Shown: one piece after another, positions 1 to 8,887 of the stretch
How the letters are laid out: each line of letters starts with the position of its first letter
Numbering within the stretch: position 1 is the first letter of the stretch
Assembly (NCBI RefSeq): GCF_000148385.1
Contig: NC_014537.1
Span: 1,350,001 to 1,382,000, forward strand
DNA: 32,000 nucleotides
Direction of reading: 5' to 3'
Source of the DNA: Vulcanisaeta distributa DSM 14429
GTDB taxonomy: Archaea; Thermoproteota; Thermoprotei; Thermoproteales; Thermocladiaceae
Program-made: the position numbers and the translations under genes
The notes under the pieces: model-generated
What the model was told of the DNA's origin: nothing
Databases searched by the model: none
Seen by the model: only the letters and a program-made list of their open reading frames with translations

Positions 1-1
1 C

Positions 2-1525
2 AGTACTGTATGTATACCATCAGGCACGTACAGTCTCATTATACTGAATGTGACAATAATGGAGACCGGCGGTCCTCAGTACGATAGGGCATTCTACATA
101 TTCGCCAATGGAGTACCAGTATTTTGGGGTTCAACGCAGGAGATACTGAATTCATCGGCTTGGTCTGACCTAACAATCTTTGAGAACATGCTCTCCGGCT
201 CATGCATAACCTTCAAGGCGTTACTACCCAATTGGATTGTGCCAAGCATAGGCGTCACAGGCTATTACATAGTCAACGTGACACTTTATCTATACCCAGG
301 GCCTGAACCCAACGGCTTACCTAATTACTTCATACCAATTGCGCCTAATTCCTATGGGGTATCCCTAATAGGGCTTAATCCATTCCATGATAAGGTAACG
401 TTAATAACAAACATACCCAGTGGGACGTATAGGGCTGTGCTGCTCATGTACATGGAGGGCGGTGAATTAGATGAATTCTGGTACACGAATGAGCCTGCCA
501 CCCGCGAACTCCTTGTTTACTATAATAATTACCTGGCTGCCGTCTTTAACCCATTCGAGACCATATACACTGGAGGTATTGACCCATTCATGTGGAAGCC
601 TATGCCATCAATAAACACATTGTCATTTCATAACCCATACATGGCCGACATAACGCCATTACTTGCTACGGGCATTAACGACGTTAATATTACATTGACT
701 ATGACGAACCTATACGAGGCATACGAATTGACGGGACTGCCCTACTTCACCTGGACAGTATCAGGAGTACTCATGCTATGGGTTAACGAATCGAACCCAA
801 TGGTTAGTGGTCAATTAATAACTGCATACTCAAGCTTCTACGATTCCGGACCTATCTTCTCAACAACATCCACGGGCTTAACAGAATATATGGAGTATGG
901 CAATTATACGCTGAATTACGTATCGAGACTAGTCTTTGAGCACGGCATTGAAGTGGCATCCTTCGAGCAGTCCGGCGTGTTTAATGCCTATCAATTATTT
1001 AATGTTGTAATGGAATATGGTATATTAAGCGAGAACTTCACTGAGTCATCATCTGAGAACATAAATGGCGCCGACCTATTCACAATGAGCCTCGCCTATA
1101 AGTACCCAATAATATTTAACGTAACCGCCTACGTAACACCACTGGCGCCGCCAACCTCATACCCATACCCAGCCGCGTATATTCAGTATGCCACCGTTAA
1201 CCTAGGGATGGACGCACATGAACACTACTCATTACCGGGCATGGACTATAAGACTGACGTACTCGAGTCCCTTAACTCCTACGGCTTCATGAACCTGACC
1301 CTACAAATAATCAATCCGTACGGAGGCGCAGTAGTCACTGGAATATCCGGCAACTACGCTAGGACAAGTAAGGACTTAATAGCTGTGCACACATACTCAT
1401 ACCCAACGGGTATATCCAGTTACCTAGAGAAGTTCAGTGCGTTAGCGATATCGCCAAATGCCACGGACTTAATCGGTTATTATCAATACGTAATGCTGAG
1501 GTTAATGAGAATAGGCAGCGGCTGA
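2..1525 (+). CDS. Secreted/surface glycoprotein, possibly PNGase-A-like (peptide N-glycanase A family); 5' end cut by window edge
   Basis: The reading frame is open from base 2, with no stop before the GTG at 50 used by the ORF track, so the gene probably starts upstream of the window. There are many N-x-S/T sequons. The blocks GGPQYDRAFYIFANGVPVFWGSTQE and YMEGGELDEFWYTNEP resemble the conserved PNGase A blocks as I remember them. The family call is from memory only. Confidence 0.5.
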   Translation, partial: STVCIPSGTYSLIILNVTIMETGGPQYDRAFYIFANGVPVFWGSTQEILNSSAWSDLTIFENMLSGSCITFKALLPNWIVPSIGVTGYYIVNVTLYLYPGPEPNGLPNYFIPIAPNSYGVSLIGLNPFHDKVTLITNIPSGTYRAVLLMYMEGGELDEFWYTNEPATRELLVYYNNYLAAVFNPFETIYTGGIDPFMWKPMPSINTLSFHNPYMADITPLLATGINDVNITLTMTNLYEAYELTGLPYFTWTVSGVLMLWVNESNPMVSGQLITAYSSFYDSGPIFSTTSTGLTEYMEYGNYTLNYVSRLVFEHGIEVASFEQSGVFNAYQLFNVVMEYGILSENFTESSSENINGADLFTMSLAYKYPIIFNVTAYVTPLAPPTSYPYPAAYIQYATVNLGMDAHEHYSLPGMDYKTDVLESLNSYGFMNLTLQIINPYGGAVVTGISGNYARTSKDLIAVHTYSYPTGISSYLEKFSALAISPNATDLIGYYQYVMLRLMRIGSG

Positions 1526-1559
1526 TGAATTAATTAGGGCTAGAAATTCAAAGTCACAA

Positions 1560-1583
1560 CGAATTAGAAATAATTCTAATTCG
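1560..1583. repeat. Perfect 10-bp inverted repeat CGAATTAGAA-ATAA-TTCTAATTCG (hairpin or operator) just downstream of the glycoprotein gene
   Basis: Read directly from the sequence: positions 1560-1569 are the reverse complement of 1574-1583. It lies 35 nt after the stop at 1525 and about 55 nt before the next ORF. Confidence 0.6.
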
Positions 1584-1636
1584 AAACATAATTAATTAAT
1601 GCATATAAGGACATTGTTGTATAAGCATAATGGAGT

Positions 1637-1897
1637 ATGAATAAGACATTGGTTATTATAATTATGTCATTTGCAATATTGACAGTAATACTGGTAATGC
1701 TCACGCTCATTTACGGTATACCTGCAAAAACACTAAAACTACTCTTTATTGCCTTATTACCAGAAATAGAACGAACATACATACCTTCCACATGTCCCTA
1801 TTACGATGGTTATTGGTTCACAAACAATTATAACATTGCCACGATATTGAGATTAGGAAGTAACTCAATAATCGTTGGTAAGAACTCGATCATATAA
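1637..1897 (+). CDS. Hypothetical small membrane-anchored protein
   Basis: It has an N-terminal hydrophobic segment (LVIIIMSFAILTVILVMLTLIYGI) and sits in an AT-rich region. No family was recognised. It may be the 5' part of a frame-shifted gene (see findings). Confidence 0.4.
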   Translation: MNKTLVIIIMSFAILTVILVMLTLIYGIPAKTLKLLFIALLPEIERTYIPSTCPYYDGYWFTNNYNIATILRLGSNSIIVGKNSII

Positions 1898-1983
1898 TAG
1901 GTATTGATTACTCCTCTAAAGATACGTACACCTTCATAGTAAATAAGCCAAGAGGGGTATTAATATTCACGTACTTCCCAGGA

Positions 1984-2334
1984 ATGCTCTCACCAATCAT
2001 AATGCCTAATGTCAGTGGTACTATAAAAATTATGATCATAAACTCAACCCTATACTTAGCAGTAAATTCAAGCAAACCACTGAAACTTACTTACTCCTAC
2101 CTACCATACTCATTGGGTAATTACGTAAATATGTGCATAGACTCCCTAGCATGTATACCGGCGCATAATGTGTATGATGGGTATGTGTATGTCTACGTAT
2201 TCTTCATAGAACGAACATTAAATCAGAATCCGACATTAGGTATATACCTTATGTCGAACTGCATACTTTACGACCTAAGCAATTGTAACTATCACAGTAA
2301 AACGGTCTACATATACTTCAACAGGAATAGTTAA
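1984..2334 (+). CDS. Hypothetical protein (sequon-rich, probably extracellular)
   Basis: ORF only, no family recognised. Its frame stays open upstream to 1882 without a start codon. Confidence 0.4.
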   Translation: MLSPIIMPNVSGTIKIMIINSTLYLAVNSSKPLKLTYSYLPYSLGNYVNMCIDSLACIPAHNVYDGYVYVYVFFIERTLNQNPTLGIYLMSNCILYDLSNCNYHSKTVYIYFNRNS

Positions 2335-2427
2335 GGTCATTCGTGACCCCATCATCACCAGGTCAGTGGCGGCACAACCCAATCACTAAAGATAACCAGC
2401 ACAACTGGGTAATTAATCCTTAAGTCG

Positions 2428-2808
2428 TTATCCACTCATTAATTCTCTGATTAGGTTCTCGATTTTATTAATGGCGTAACTAACCTCATCTGGTTCGTAA
2501 ACGCCTTCGTAAAATGCCTCATCATGGAGAGTCCTCATTAAATCGCTGTATAATGCCCTTAAGTCTTCGCGACCAATCTCTCTGAGAATCCTCCTACGTT
2601 CACCGTGGTTCCTGGGGATTACCCCAGTCTTTCCGTAAATGAATGCGTTTATGGCTATGATTAATGCGAGGAATGCCTTGTCTGCTGCATTCCTGTATAG
2701 AAGCATATCCTTTAACCTGAGAGCTTTATCAAGCTCCTCCTTGGCATAGTTTAGAACCTCCAGCGCACTCATGAACATGGCACTCAAGGCATTACTCGAC
2801 ATCCCCAA
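2428..2808 (-). CDS. PaREP1/HEPN-like helical protein (divergent paralog)
   Basis: The segment LYRNAADKAFLALIIAINAF parallels the (Y/T)RNAAGKA(F/Y)Q motif of the three other paralogs in the window. A later RTLHDEAFYEG segment aligns with their LHQYQYNG block. Confidence 0.55.
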   Translation of the reverse strand: MGMSSNALSAMFMSALEVLNYAKEELDKALRLKDMLLYRNAADKAFLALIIAINAFIYGKTGVIPRNHGERRRILREIGREDLRALYSDLMRTLHDEAFYEGVYEPDEVSYAINKIENLIRELMSG

Positions 2809-2943
2809 GGCAAATTACTCATTGCGGTTTAAATAACTATCAGCCCTCCAGGTGCTCATCACCGCCTCTGGTGTCCCGACAGCCATCATCACCCATTAAT
2901 CCATTGCGTGGTAGCTTTATAAGGCGTTAGCAATGGTTACTCC

Positions 2944-3654
2944 GTGGTCAAGGTCTTTGTTGGAACGTCAGGGTGGCTCTACGACTGGAACCAGGATTCG
3001 ACCTTTGATTGGTATGTAAGGAACTCCGGGCTTAATGCCGTTGAACTCAATGCATCATTCTATAGATTCCCATTCAGGAACCAGGTGGCTTCCTGGGCTA
3101 GGAAGGGCGCTGGACTTAGGTGGGCTGTTAAGGTTCATAGGTACATAACCCACGTTAAGAGACTCAAGGAAGATGCCCTGGACACCTGGCGTAGGTTTAG
3201 GGACTTGTTTCAACCGCTTGATCCATACATAGATTTCTACCTATTTCAAATGCCCCCATCCTTCGCCTATAATGATGAGAGTATGGAGAGGATTAGAACA
3301 TTCGCCAGGGAAACAGGACTTGGCGCTAGGCTTGCCATTGAATTTCGCCACAAGAGCTGGTTCGGCAGTGAGGACGCCATTAATGAACTGAGGGGCTTAG
3401 GCATTACCGTAGTGTCTGTTGACGAGCCTGGTGTTACGTGGGTTAGGAGTACAAATGGCATTATTTATTTGAGGCTTCACGGTAGGACTGATTGGTATAT
3501 GTATGACTATGGTGAGGATGAGCTTAGGGACCTAGCGATTAAGGCTGTCTCCCTCAATCCTAATGCGATTTACGTGTTTTTCAATAATGACCACTGGATG
3601 CTTGAAAATGCCAGGAAGATGCTGGAGATACTAAGGGGATTAACAGGGGAGTGA
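2944..3654 (+). CDS. DUF72 (YecE-like) family protein
   Basis: DUF72 blocks are present: VGTSGWLYDW, NAVELNASFYRFP, LFQMPPSF, AIEFRHKSWF, LRLHGRTDWYMYDYGEDEL and IYVFFNND. The start is GTG, with a TATA-like gctttataagg about 20 nt upstream. Confidence 0.9.
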   Translation: MVKVFVGTSGWLYDWNQDSTFDWYVRNSGLNAVELNASFYRFPFRNQVASWARKGAGLRWAVKVHRYITHVKRLKEDALDTWRRFRDLFQPLDPYIDFYLFQMPPSFAYNDESMERIRTFARETGLGARLAIEFRHKSWFGSEDAINELRGLGITVVSVDEPGVTWVRSTNGIIYLRLHGRTDWYMYDYGEDELRDLAIKAVSLNPNAIYVFFNNDHWMLENARKMLEILRGLTGE

Positions 3655-3655
3655 G

Positions 3656-4861
3656 TTACCTGCTCGCCCTTGACAGCATTAATAGCCCTATGATTGCTAA
3701 GGTCACGCCGACGGCCATCATCACCACCATGCCTAAACCCATGGGGCTTATTAATCCAACGATCATTGGCGCCCAACCACCAATTAACAAGCCCCAGTTA
3801 TAGGATACGCCTAGCCCGCTTGCCCTGTATTGAACATCGAATTTATCAATTAATACGTATGGCACGAGACCCATCGCGAAGTTCTCGATGAACGCCAATA
3901 TTACCAGGTTTATGAAGTTTGGATATAGCAATAGGGCAATTGGTGCGTAGGCCAGTGAAATCATTAACGTGCCTATTATGAACCACCTATAACTAATTGC
4001 CAGGGCTAATGGACCAGCGAGGAGGACGGCTATTACTGCGGCTATTGTCGAGATTAGCATGACACTGGGTATTATGCTCGCTGCACCGATGACCTTTAGG
4101 AAGTCTGAGTATATCAGGTATGTGGAGTAGTAAATTGTCAGTAACCCACCCGTGAATAGTATGCCGTACCCAAGCCATGCACCTCCACGCTTGAATAACA
4201 ACGTCAGCGGGTTTGCCTTGGGCCTCGACCATAATGGCGACTCTACAAGCCTGCTCCTAATTATGAAGGCTAGAACCGCCACTACAGCTCCAGTACCCAT
4301 GTATATCCTCCAGCCATAGGCATTGAAGGGTATTGGCCCCATGTAGGTTAGGAACATGACATTGACCATTGTTGCTATGACAACCCCTATTGGGTAGCCA
4401 CTCTGTACGAATGCCGAAGTCACCTCCTTCCCCCACCTACTCCATTCCATAATCATTGCCGTACCAGGGCCCCACTCACCACCTAGGAATACTCCCTGGA
4501 GAAACCTTAACGCCAGTAGGGTTAATGGCGCGAGTACGCCTATGACTGCGTAAGTCGGTAATAGCGCTATTACTAGGGCTGATAGGCTGTAACCGAGGAC
4601 AGTTATTAACAGCCCAACCCTCCTACCAAACCTGTCACCCACGTAACCCATGATAACGGAGCCAAGCGGCCTACCAATAAGCGTAGCCACTAGCGTCGAT
4701 AAGCCACCAAGTAGGGAGTATGGTCCAGGGAAGAATAATTCGCCAAGTAACGGCATTATCGGCGTAACCAGAAGTGCGTCGTAACCATCCATGACCCAAC
4801 CAAGGTAGGCACTAATGATAGCCCTACGCCTAATAGACTCAAGGCTTCCCTGAATACTCAT
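3656..4861 (-). CDS. MFS transporter (metabolite:H+ symporter-like)
   Basis: It has about 12 hydrophobic segments and the MFS loop motif GYVGDRFGRRVGLL. Confidence 0.85.
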   Translation of the reverse strand: MSIQGSLESIRRRAIISAYLGWVMDGYDALLVTPIMPLLGELFFPGPYSLLGGLSTLVATLIGRPLGSVIMGYVGDRFGRRVGLLITVLGYSLSALVIALLPTYAVIGVLAPLTLLALRFLQGVFLGGEWGPGTAMIMEWSRWGKEVTSAFVQSGYPIGVVIATMVNVMFLTYMGPIPFNAYGWRIYMGTGAVVAVLAFIIRSRLVESPLWSRPKANPLTLLFKRGGAWLGYGILFTGGLLTIYYSTYLIYSDFLKVIGAASIIPSVMLISTIAAVIAVLLAGPLALAISYRWFIIGTLMISLAYAPIALLLYPNFINLVILAFIENFAMGLVPYVLIDKFDVQYRASGLGVSYNWGLLIGGWAPMIVGLISPMGLGMVVMMAVGVTLAIIGLLMLSRASR

Positions 4862-4916
4862 ACGCTAACCAGGTACGTATCGGCTATTTAAGCTATTTGC
4901 TATTTCGTACCATGTA

Positions 4917-5858
4917 TTATATTGAGAGAGGTGGGTATATTCGAGCTATTATCATTGATACTATGAAGATTATTAAAAGGATTAACCTGACACTGAAGGG
5001 ACCAGCCCACAGATTCCTAAGCTCCCTCCACCTACTTCTGACCACGTTCTCATCACCACTGAGTAACGGACCCGCCAATCTCAGTGTGCGTGGAATAAGT
5101 AATAACGATACCAGTGAAATGTAGGGTAAGTAATGCAGGATTGCTGAGATCACGATGGCTAAGTACATGAGGGCTATTGATGTGTAGACTACGTACCTCG
5201 TATTCCTAATGCCCACGAGTAATACAAGCGTTATCTTACCCACAGTCCTGCACGCATCAATCTCTAGGGCGCCTGAGCCGATTAGTATTAATAGCGTAAA
5301 TAATCCGTTTGGTATACCGACGATTAATGGTGCTGGGTTTGCGTAGATGCCCGTCTGGACGATGTACGAGCCCCAGGTAACGAGAGGCCCCATGGCAAGT
5401 GCCGCAAGCACCTCGCCATAGCCCCTATAGTGGAATTTCAATGGTGGTATGCTGTAACCAACGCCAATTATTAAGCCGGCCATGGCTAGTATTAACACGG
5501 GCAAACCCACTAGGGTAAAGAGGTAAACCCCCGCCATAAAGGCTATCGCTAGGAATACATAACCTACGGTAATAACATCCCTAGGGCTCAATTTAAGGTC
5601 TATTATTGGGTGAGGTCTATGGGAGAAGCCACTGGCCCTGTACAGTATGTCTACGCCACTTAGGTAATCGTAATAGTCATGTACCAGGTTAACCCCTGCC
5701 TGGGCCAGTAGTAGAGCCGCCAGCGTTATTACGTAGATTATTGGATTGAACCTATCATTTAAGTACCAGGCCAATGCGGTGCCTAGGGTCACGGACGAGA
5801 AGGCGCTCGTTAACGTTGTCGGGCTGAATGACATTAACCAGGTCTTAATACCCATCAT
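4917..5858 (-). CDS. UbiA-family aromatic prenyltransferase (MenA-like)
   Basis: A polytopic membrane protein with the Asp-rich motif NLVHDYYDYLSGVD and a second EIDACRTVGKITL block typical of MenA/UbiA enzymes. Confidence 0.8.
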   Translation of the reverse strand: MMGIKTWLMSFSPTTLTSAFSSVTLGTALAWYLNDRFNPIIYVITLAALLLAQAGVNLVHDYYDYLSGVDILYRASGFSHRPHPIIDLKLSPRDVITVGYVFLAIAFMAGVYLFTLVGLPVLILAMAGLIIGVGYSIPPLKFHYRGYGEVLAALAMGPLVTWGSYIVQTGIYANPAPLIVGIPNGLFTLLILIGSGALEIDACRTVGKITLVLLVGIRNTRYVVYTSIALMYLAIVISAILHYLPYISLVSLLLIPRTLRLAGPLLSGDENVVRSRWRELRNLWAGPFSVRLILLIIFIVSMIIARIYPPLSI

Positions 5859-5936
5859 ATCATGATAGCCACGAATACATTTTAAGGATTTCCATAGAGG
5901 AAACCGTTATTTGCCCCAATATGCGTTGTTCTTTAG

Positions 5937-7364
5937 GTGGCTATTAAGGACCTCAGAACCTTCATTAGGGCCCTGGAGGAAAGGAGGGACCTCGTCAGGA
6001 TAAGTGAACCACTTAGTGTTGATCTCGAGGTTGCTGCATTACTGAGGGAGTTGATGTATAGGGGTGGTCCTGCCGTAATAATCGAGAGGACCAGGGAGGG
6101 CACATTGCCAATAGTCGGCAATCTATTTGGTAAGTGGGATAGGGTGATGCTCGCCATGGAAGGTAACGACCCAGAGACCGCAGCCTCTAAATTAACGGAC
6201 CTACTAAATCTTAGGATTCCCCAGGGATTGTTCGACGCCTTAAAATCCCTGAATGAGTTGAGGAGGTTTTCGCAGTACTTCCCTAGGAGTGTTAATGATG
6301 GGCCAGTTAGGGAGGTTGAGTGGAGTAACATTGATTTAACGAAGATACCTGCCATCAGGCAGTGGGTTCATGAGCCTGGTAGGTTCATTACCTTTGGGAT
6401 AACGTTCGTTAAATACGGCAACTACAGGAACTTTGGCTACTATAGGCTGCAGGTGGTTGGTAGGGATAGGTTCGTGATGCATTGGCAGCCTTGGCGCAGG
6501 AGTGCAATGTATGGAGAGCTTAGTGAGAAGGCGGAGGTTGCTGTTGTCTTTGGTCCTGACCCAGTGACGATGCTTATGGCAGGCATTTCAATACCGCATC
6601 CACTGGATAAGCTCCTGGTCACTGGGGTGCTTAGGGGCGAGGGTGTTGAGTTGGTGAGAGGTTCGACCGTGGATGTTGAGTACCCAGCAAATGCGGAGTT
6701 GGTTATCGAGGGTGAATTGACCGGTGAATACGTTAGGGAGGGACCGTTTGGCGACCACGTGGGTGTTTACTCAATAGCCAAGGAGTACCCTGTGGTTAAG
6801 GTTAAGGCCATTTACTCTAGGAGGGATCCCTTGATACCCGTCACGGTCACTGGGAGGCCTGTGCTCGAGGATGGGAACATAATTAGGTTTGGAACGAGGG
6901 TTGTGAAACCCCTCCTAAAGCAAATACTCCCTGAGCTGGTGGATATTGAAATACCGCCCGAGGGCTTGGGCTACGTAATCATTACATCGATTAGGAAGAG
7001 GTACCCTGGACACGCCAGGAGGGTTATGACGGCATTATGGGGCTTAGTACCTGTACTGGGTAAGGTCGTGATTGTGGTGGATCATGACGTGGACGTCAGG
7101 GATTGGGGTCAGGTAATGTACGCGGTGGCTGCTCACGTTAATCCATCGAGGGACATACTCATAATTGATAATTACCCAGTGGAGGAGCTCGACCCATCAA
7201 CGCCAGTTCCAAACCTGGGTAGTAAGGTTGGCATTGACGCAACTAGGAAGCTCCCCGAGGAGTATGGTGGTAAGGAATACCCGATGGATGTTACGGCGCC
7301 TAGCGACGTAATTGACAGGGTTAGGAGGATCGTGGATTCAATCATGGGCAGGTCAAGGAATTGA
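5937..7364 (+). CDS. UbiD-family (prenyl-FMN dependent) aromatic acid decarboxylase
   Basis: The N-terminus DLRTFIRALEERRDLVRISEPLSVDLEVAAL, the length (475 aa) and the GPFGDHVG block are typical of UbiD. The start is GTG. It is divergent from the UbiA-family gene. Confidence 0.9.
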   Translation: MAIKDLRTFIRALEERRDLVRISEPLSVDLEVAALLRELMYRGGPAVIIERTREGTLPIVGNLFGKWDRVMLAMEGNDPETAASKLTDLLNLRIPQGLFDALKSLNELRRFSQYFPRSVNDGPVREVEWSNIDLTKIPAIRQWVHEPGRFITFGITFVKYGNYRNFGYYRLQVVGRDRFVMHWQPWRRSAMYGELSEKAEVAVVFGPDPVTMLMAGISIPHPLDKLLVTGVLRGEGVELVRGSTVDVEYPANAELVIEGELTGEYVREGPFGDHVGVYSIAKEYPVVKVKAIYSRRDPLIPVTVTGRPVLEDGNIIRFGTRVVKPLLKQILPELVDIEIPPEGLGYVIITSIRKRYPGHARRVMTALWGLVPVLGKVVIVVDHDVDVRDWGQVMYAVAAHVNPSRDILIIDNYPVEELDPSTPVPNLGSKVGIDATRKLPEEYGGKEYPMDVTAPSDVIDRVRRIVDSIMGRSRN

Positions 7365-7402
7365 CGATATGCATATTTAGGGCTTAAGACAGTAACTGGG
7401 TA

Positions 7403-8236
7403 ATGAGGGCGTGCATAATCGGTTTAGGTAGGATGGGTAGGGGTATGGCTATTAATCTCGTTAGTAGGGGCCACGTGGTCTACGGCTATGACATCAATAA
7501 GTCCATATATGCAGCCTTAAGTAATGCCGGTGTGAAGACTGTGGATAGTGTGGGACAGTGCGGTGATGCTGATTACGTAGTCCTCGCATTACCCACTGGT
7601 AGGGAGTCTGCCCAGGTACTGAGTGAATTAAGTACTAACGCTGTGATAGTAGACACAACCACGATGAGTCTGGCGGAGCTTGAGCAGGTACTCTCCATAG
7701 TCCGTAACAGGGGGTTTAGGTACATAACCGCCAGGCTTGAAGGTGGGCCGAAACAAGCCGAGAGCGGATCTCTCGTGATGTTTATTGGTGGTGATGAGCA
7801 ATTGTATAAGCAGTCAGAGGAATTCCTTAGGCAATTGGGCACCCCGATCTACATTGGCACCCACGAGCAAGCCACATTACTTAAGTTAATCAGTACGTCA
7901 ATAATCATAGCCAACACCATGATACTAGCCGAACTATCACCGTTGATGAAGGATGTTGGTCTAGACACGAATACCCTAGTCAAGGCGCTAAGCATGAGTG
8001 GAGCCGACTCGGCGCAGTTAAGGGCTAGGCTACCCTGGATACTAAGCGGTAACTACCCAGAGTCCTTCTCAATAGACCTCGCGAAATACGTGATTGACGA
8101 AACAATAAAGCACTCAATGAGTAAGGGCAGGTCATTACCAATAATGACCATAATCGATAAACTCCTTGAGATAGCCAGGAGTGAAGGTAAAGGGAGGGGA
8201 GACTTCTCCGAAGCGGCCGAGATCCTAAAGAAGTAA
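7403..8236 (+). CDS. NAD(P)-dependent beta-hydroxyacid dehydrogenase (3-hydroxyisobutyrate/6-phosphogluconate dehydrogenase-like)
   Basis: N-terminal Rossmann motif IIGLGRMGRGMAINL; size and overall pattern fit the HIBADH family. Confidence 0.85.
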   Translation: MRACIIGLGRMGRGMAINLVSRGHVVYGYDINKSIYAALSNAGVKTVDSVGQCGDADYVVLALPTGRESAQVLSELSTNAVIVDTTTMSLAELEQVLSIVRNRGFRYITARLEGGPKQAESGSLVMFIGGDEQLYKQSEEFLRQLGTPIYIGTHEQATLLKLISTSIIIANTMILAELSPLMKDVGLDTNTLVKALSMSGADSAQLRARLPWILSGNYPESFSIDLAKYVIDETIKHSMSKGRSLPIMTIIDKLLEIARSEGKGRGDFSEAAEILKK

Positions 8237-8287
8237 ATTCTGAAGTGCAAGGATGCATTACGTTAAATCCTTAACCGGAGCGCCCGG

Positions 8288-8887
8288 CTAATCCTTTTTC
8301 AATAAGTTAATTATAGACCGTATTTCGCCTTCGGAATTTAATACCTCATTGACATTGCCGGATTTAGAAATTAAAATACCCAGGTCGTGATAAAAGTCAT
8401 GCAGGTTAGGCCAGTAATCAATACCTCCTAGACCCAACACATCTCTATATTTCCAGACCACATACATTGCCAGGTAAGCCTTCTTCTTACTATCCTCATT
8501 CCCGCTTTCACTCTCCAGGAGCATCATTATTAATTTATCACGTTGTTTATCCCTAAGCATCCCTTGGACAACTTCGAAGATCAACTCATCAATGTTCCTA
8601 TGATTCAAATAATGCATTATAGCTCCATTACATGAAATACCCCTTGCATCACCATCAAGCAATACATGAACCTCAATCTTAATATCGGGCTTATCTTGAA
8701 TAATCGTATTAACCCGTTCACATACATTATCCTTACCGCCGCCCTCGCATATACAGGTATTCTCAGACTCTCCATAATAGCAATCATATTTAATACCATC
8801 GCACTTCCTCAAAGTCCTAATTCCTAAAAGGCCAAGGATAAATTTAAGATCACTTTTACCCTCCACGAAAATTATCCGCTTAATCAT
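8288..8887 (-). CDS. TOPRIM-like (DUF4435/OLD C-terminal-like) putative nuclease
   Basis: IIFVEGKSDLKF carries the TOPRIM glutamate. It is followed by CEGGGKDNV and a VLLDGDA (DxD) motif. The likely start is the ATG at 8887-8885, which forms an ATGA overlap with the upstream ATPase stop. The ORF track starts two codons earlier at a TTG (8893). Confidence 0.6.
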   Translation of the reverse strand: MIKRIIFVEGKSDLKFILGLLGIRTLRKCDGIKYDCYYGESENTCICEGGGKDNVCERVNTIIQDKPDIKIEVHVLLDGDARGISCNGAIMHYLNHRNIDELIFEVVQGMLRDKQRDKLIMMLLESESGNEDSKKKAYLAMYVVWKYRDVLGLGGIDYWPNLHDFYHDLGILISKSGNVNEVLNSEGEIRSIINLLKKD

